Origin: Bdellovibrionota bacterium
GTDB taxonomy: Bacteria > Bdellovibrionota > UBA1018 > UBA923
Direction of reading: 5' to 3'
Length of the DNA stretch: 17,728 bases
Assembly (NCBI GenBank): GCA_040754655.1
Contig: JBFMCE010000081.1
Coordinates: forward strand, 1-17,728
This document shows, one piece after another, positions 16,636-17,728 of the stretch; the first letter of the stretch is position 1; every line of letters starts with the position of its first letter. The translations under genes and the position numbers were made by a program. Below the pieces are notes generated by a model. That model was not told where the DNA came from. It saw only the letters and a program-made list of their open reading frames with translations, and made no database searches.

Positions 16636-17664
16636 TCAGCTAGCCTTTACCACGCGGTTCACGTGAGTCTGAGCGCGCACTTCATTGACGAGCCGGTGAT
16701 GCTTTTCAAATTCTTTGATGTTCATCAGCGTCGTTGTTGCGATATTTGCCAGTGCTTCGCAGGTAAGAAACGCTTGATGGGATGTGACTAAAACATTCGG
16801 AAAGGTGAGAAGTCGGGCTAGGACGTCGTCCTGCAAAACCTTATCAGACAAGTCTTGAAAGAATACTGCCTCTTCTTCTTCATAAACGTCAAGACCAGCG
16901 GCTCCAAGTGATCCATTTTTGAGGGCGAGAATGAGCGCGCGGGTATCAATCAAGGCTCCTCGCCCGGTATTGATGAGAATCGCTCCTCGTTTCATTTTCG
17001 CGAAAACAGGCTCATCGATGAGATGATTTGTTTTTGGAGTCAGGGGTATGTGCAGCGAGATAATGTCGGATGCCTGATAAAGCTCGTTGAGACTTACGTA
17101 TTCAACTCCATACGTTTTTGAGAGAAACGCGTCCGGCTCTACGTCGTAGGCCAGAACGCGGCATCCAAAGCCTTTCATGATGCGCGCGAAAACCGAACCT
17201 ATTTTTCCAGTGCCAATCACGCCCACAGTTTTGCCGTGGATATCGAAGCCCACAAGCCCATCGAGGCTGAAATTAGACTCACGAACACGCTCATAGGCGC
17301 GATGGATCTTCCGATTCAGGGCGAGCAAGAGTCCCACGGCGTGTTCTGCTACGGCGTAGGGAGAGTATTCAGGAACTCTGACGATAGGAAGTCCGAGCAT
17401 TGCGGCGGCATCCAGATCAACATGATTGAAGCCCGCTGATCGTAGGGCGATGATACGGGCACCCTGGGCTTTCAATCGAGTCAGCGTCTTCTCGTTCAAT
17501 TGGTCGTTCACGAAAGCACAGATAGCGTCGTAGCCCTTTGCCAAGGCCGCGGTCTGTTCATTCAGGCGCGGCTCAAAAAAGGTCAGGTCATGACCAAACT
17601 CTTTGTTTGCTTGCTCGAAGAAAGGCTTTTCAAATTTGTGTGCGCTAAAGATGGCAGTCTTCAT
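16636..17664 (-). CDS. ldhA: D-lactate dehydrogenase, fermentative LdhA-type 2-hydroxyacid dehydrogenase
   Basis: CAFVND, LRSAGFNHVD, RVPEYSPYAVAEH, NFSLDGLVGFD, GTGKIG, INTGRG, LDVYEEE, TSHQAFLT. Confidence 0.93.
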   Translation of the reverse strand: MKTAIFSAHKFEKPFFEQANKEFGHDLTFFEPRLNEQTAALAKGYDAICAFVNDQLNEKTLTRLKAQGARIIALRSAGFNHVDLDAAAMLGLPIVRVPEYSPYAVAEHAVGLLLALNRKIHRAYERVRESNFSLDGLVGFDIHGKTVGVIGTGKIGSVFARIMKGFGCRVLAYDVEPDAFLSKTYGVEYVSLNELYQASDIISLHIPLTPKTNHLIDEPVFAKMKRGAILINTGRGALIDTRALILALKNGSLGAAGLDVYEEEEAVFFQDLSDKVLQDDVLARLLTFPNVLVTSHQAFLTCEALANIATTTLMNIKEFEKHHRLVNEVRAQTHVNRVVKAS

Positions 17665-17677
17665 GAAGCTATTAATT

Positions 17678-17693
17678 TACAAATAGCGTGCCG
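17678..17693 (-). promoter_or_regulatory. sigma54 -24/-12 promoter of the ldhA operon (TTGT variant at -12)
   Basis: Minus strand CGGCACG-CTAT-TTGTA; GG(17692,17691)-N10-GT(17680,17679); strong -24 box; 15 nt from the -12 base to ATG. Confidence 0.72.
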
Positions 17694-17710
17694 ACAATTT
17701 TTATATTTAA

Positions 17711-17723
17711 ATTCAAATAGTTA
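17711..17723 (+). promoter_or_regulatory. IHF-like binding site upstream of the ldhA sigma54 promoter
   Basis: ATTCAAATAGTTA, one mismatch to WATCAANNNNTTR, preceded by an AT tract (17696-17710). Confidence 0.55.
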
Positions 17724-17728
17724 CAATA

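Noticed and set aside
16715..16728. FNR-like box TTGAT-GTTC-ATCAG
   Set aside because: It lies inside ldhA coding sequence (LMNIK), has no credible -10 at class II spacing, and there is no second copy in intergenic DNA.
1..17728. Mobile elements, CRISPR arrays, tRNA/rRNA or defence systems
   Set aside because: No transposase or integrase motifs, repeat-spacer arrays or RNA gene signatures were seen; nearly all bases are accounted for by the CDSs.

Overview
This window is a 17.7-kb, roughly 50% GC bacterial locus with every credible gene on the minus strand. It reads as a low-oxygen / nitrosative-stress module in four transcription units. From right to left these are: (1) ldhA, acetyl-CoA hydrolase/transferase, Zn alcohol dehydrogenase, dps and hemG; (2) an NtrC-family sigma54 response regulator, nnrS, clsB and ybhP; (3) ccoI, ccoS, fused ccoNO, ccoQ, monoheme ccoP, ccoG and a DsbD_2/TauE-like membrane protein, forming a cbb3 oxidase and assembly cluster with no ccoH; (4) a LOG-family gene truncated by the window edge. 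ccoS, ccoQ and the LOG gene are missing from the supplied ORF track and were translated by hand. The most notable signal is regulatory. Each unit is preceded by a sigma54 -24/-12 element. A 17-bp imperfect palindrome (TG(A/G)GACA-N3-TGTCCCA) recurs in pairs, at near-identical spacing in two promoters. In three units the start codon lies only 15-16 nt after the -12 base with no usable Shine-Dalgarno, implying near-leaderless sigma54 transcripts. I infer a self-contained sigma54/bEBP-controlled hypoxia regulon in place of the usual FNR-type control; this is untested.
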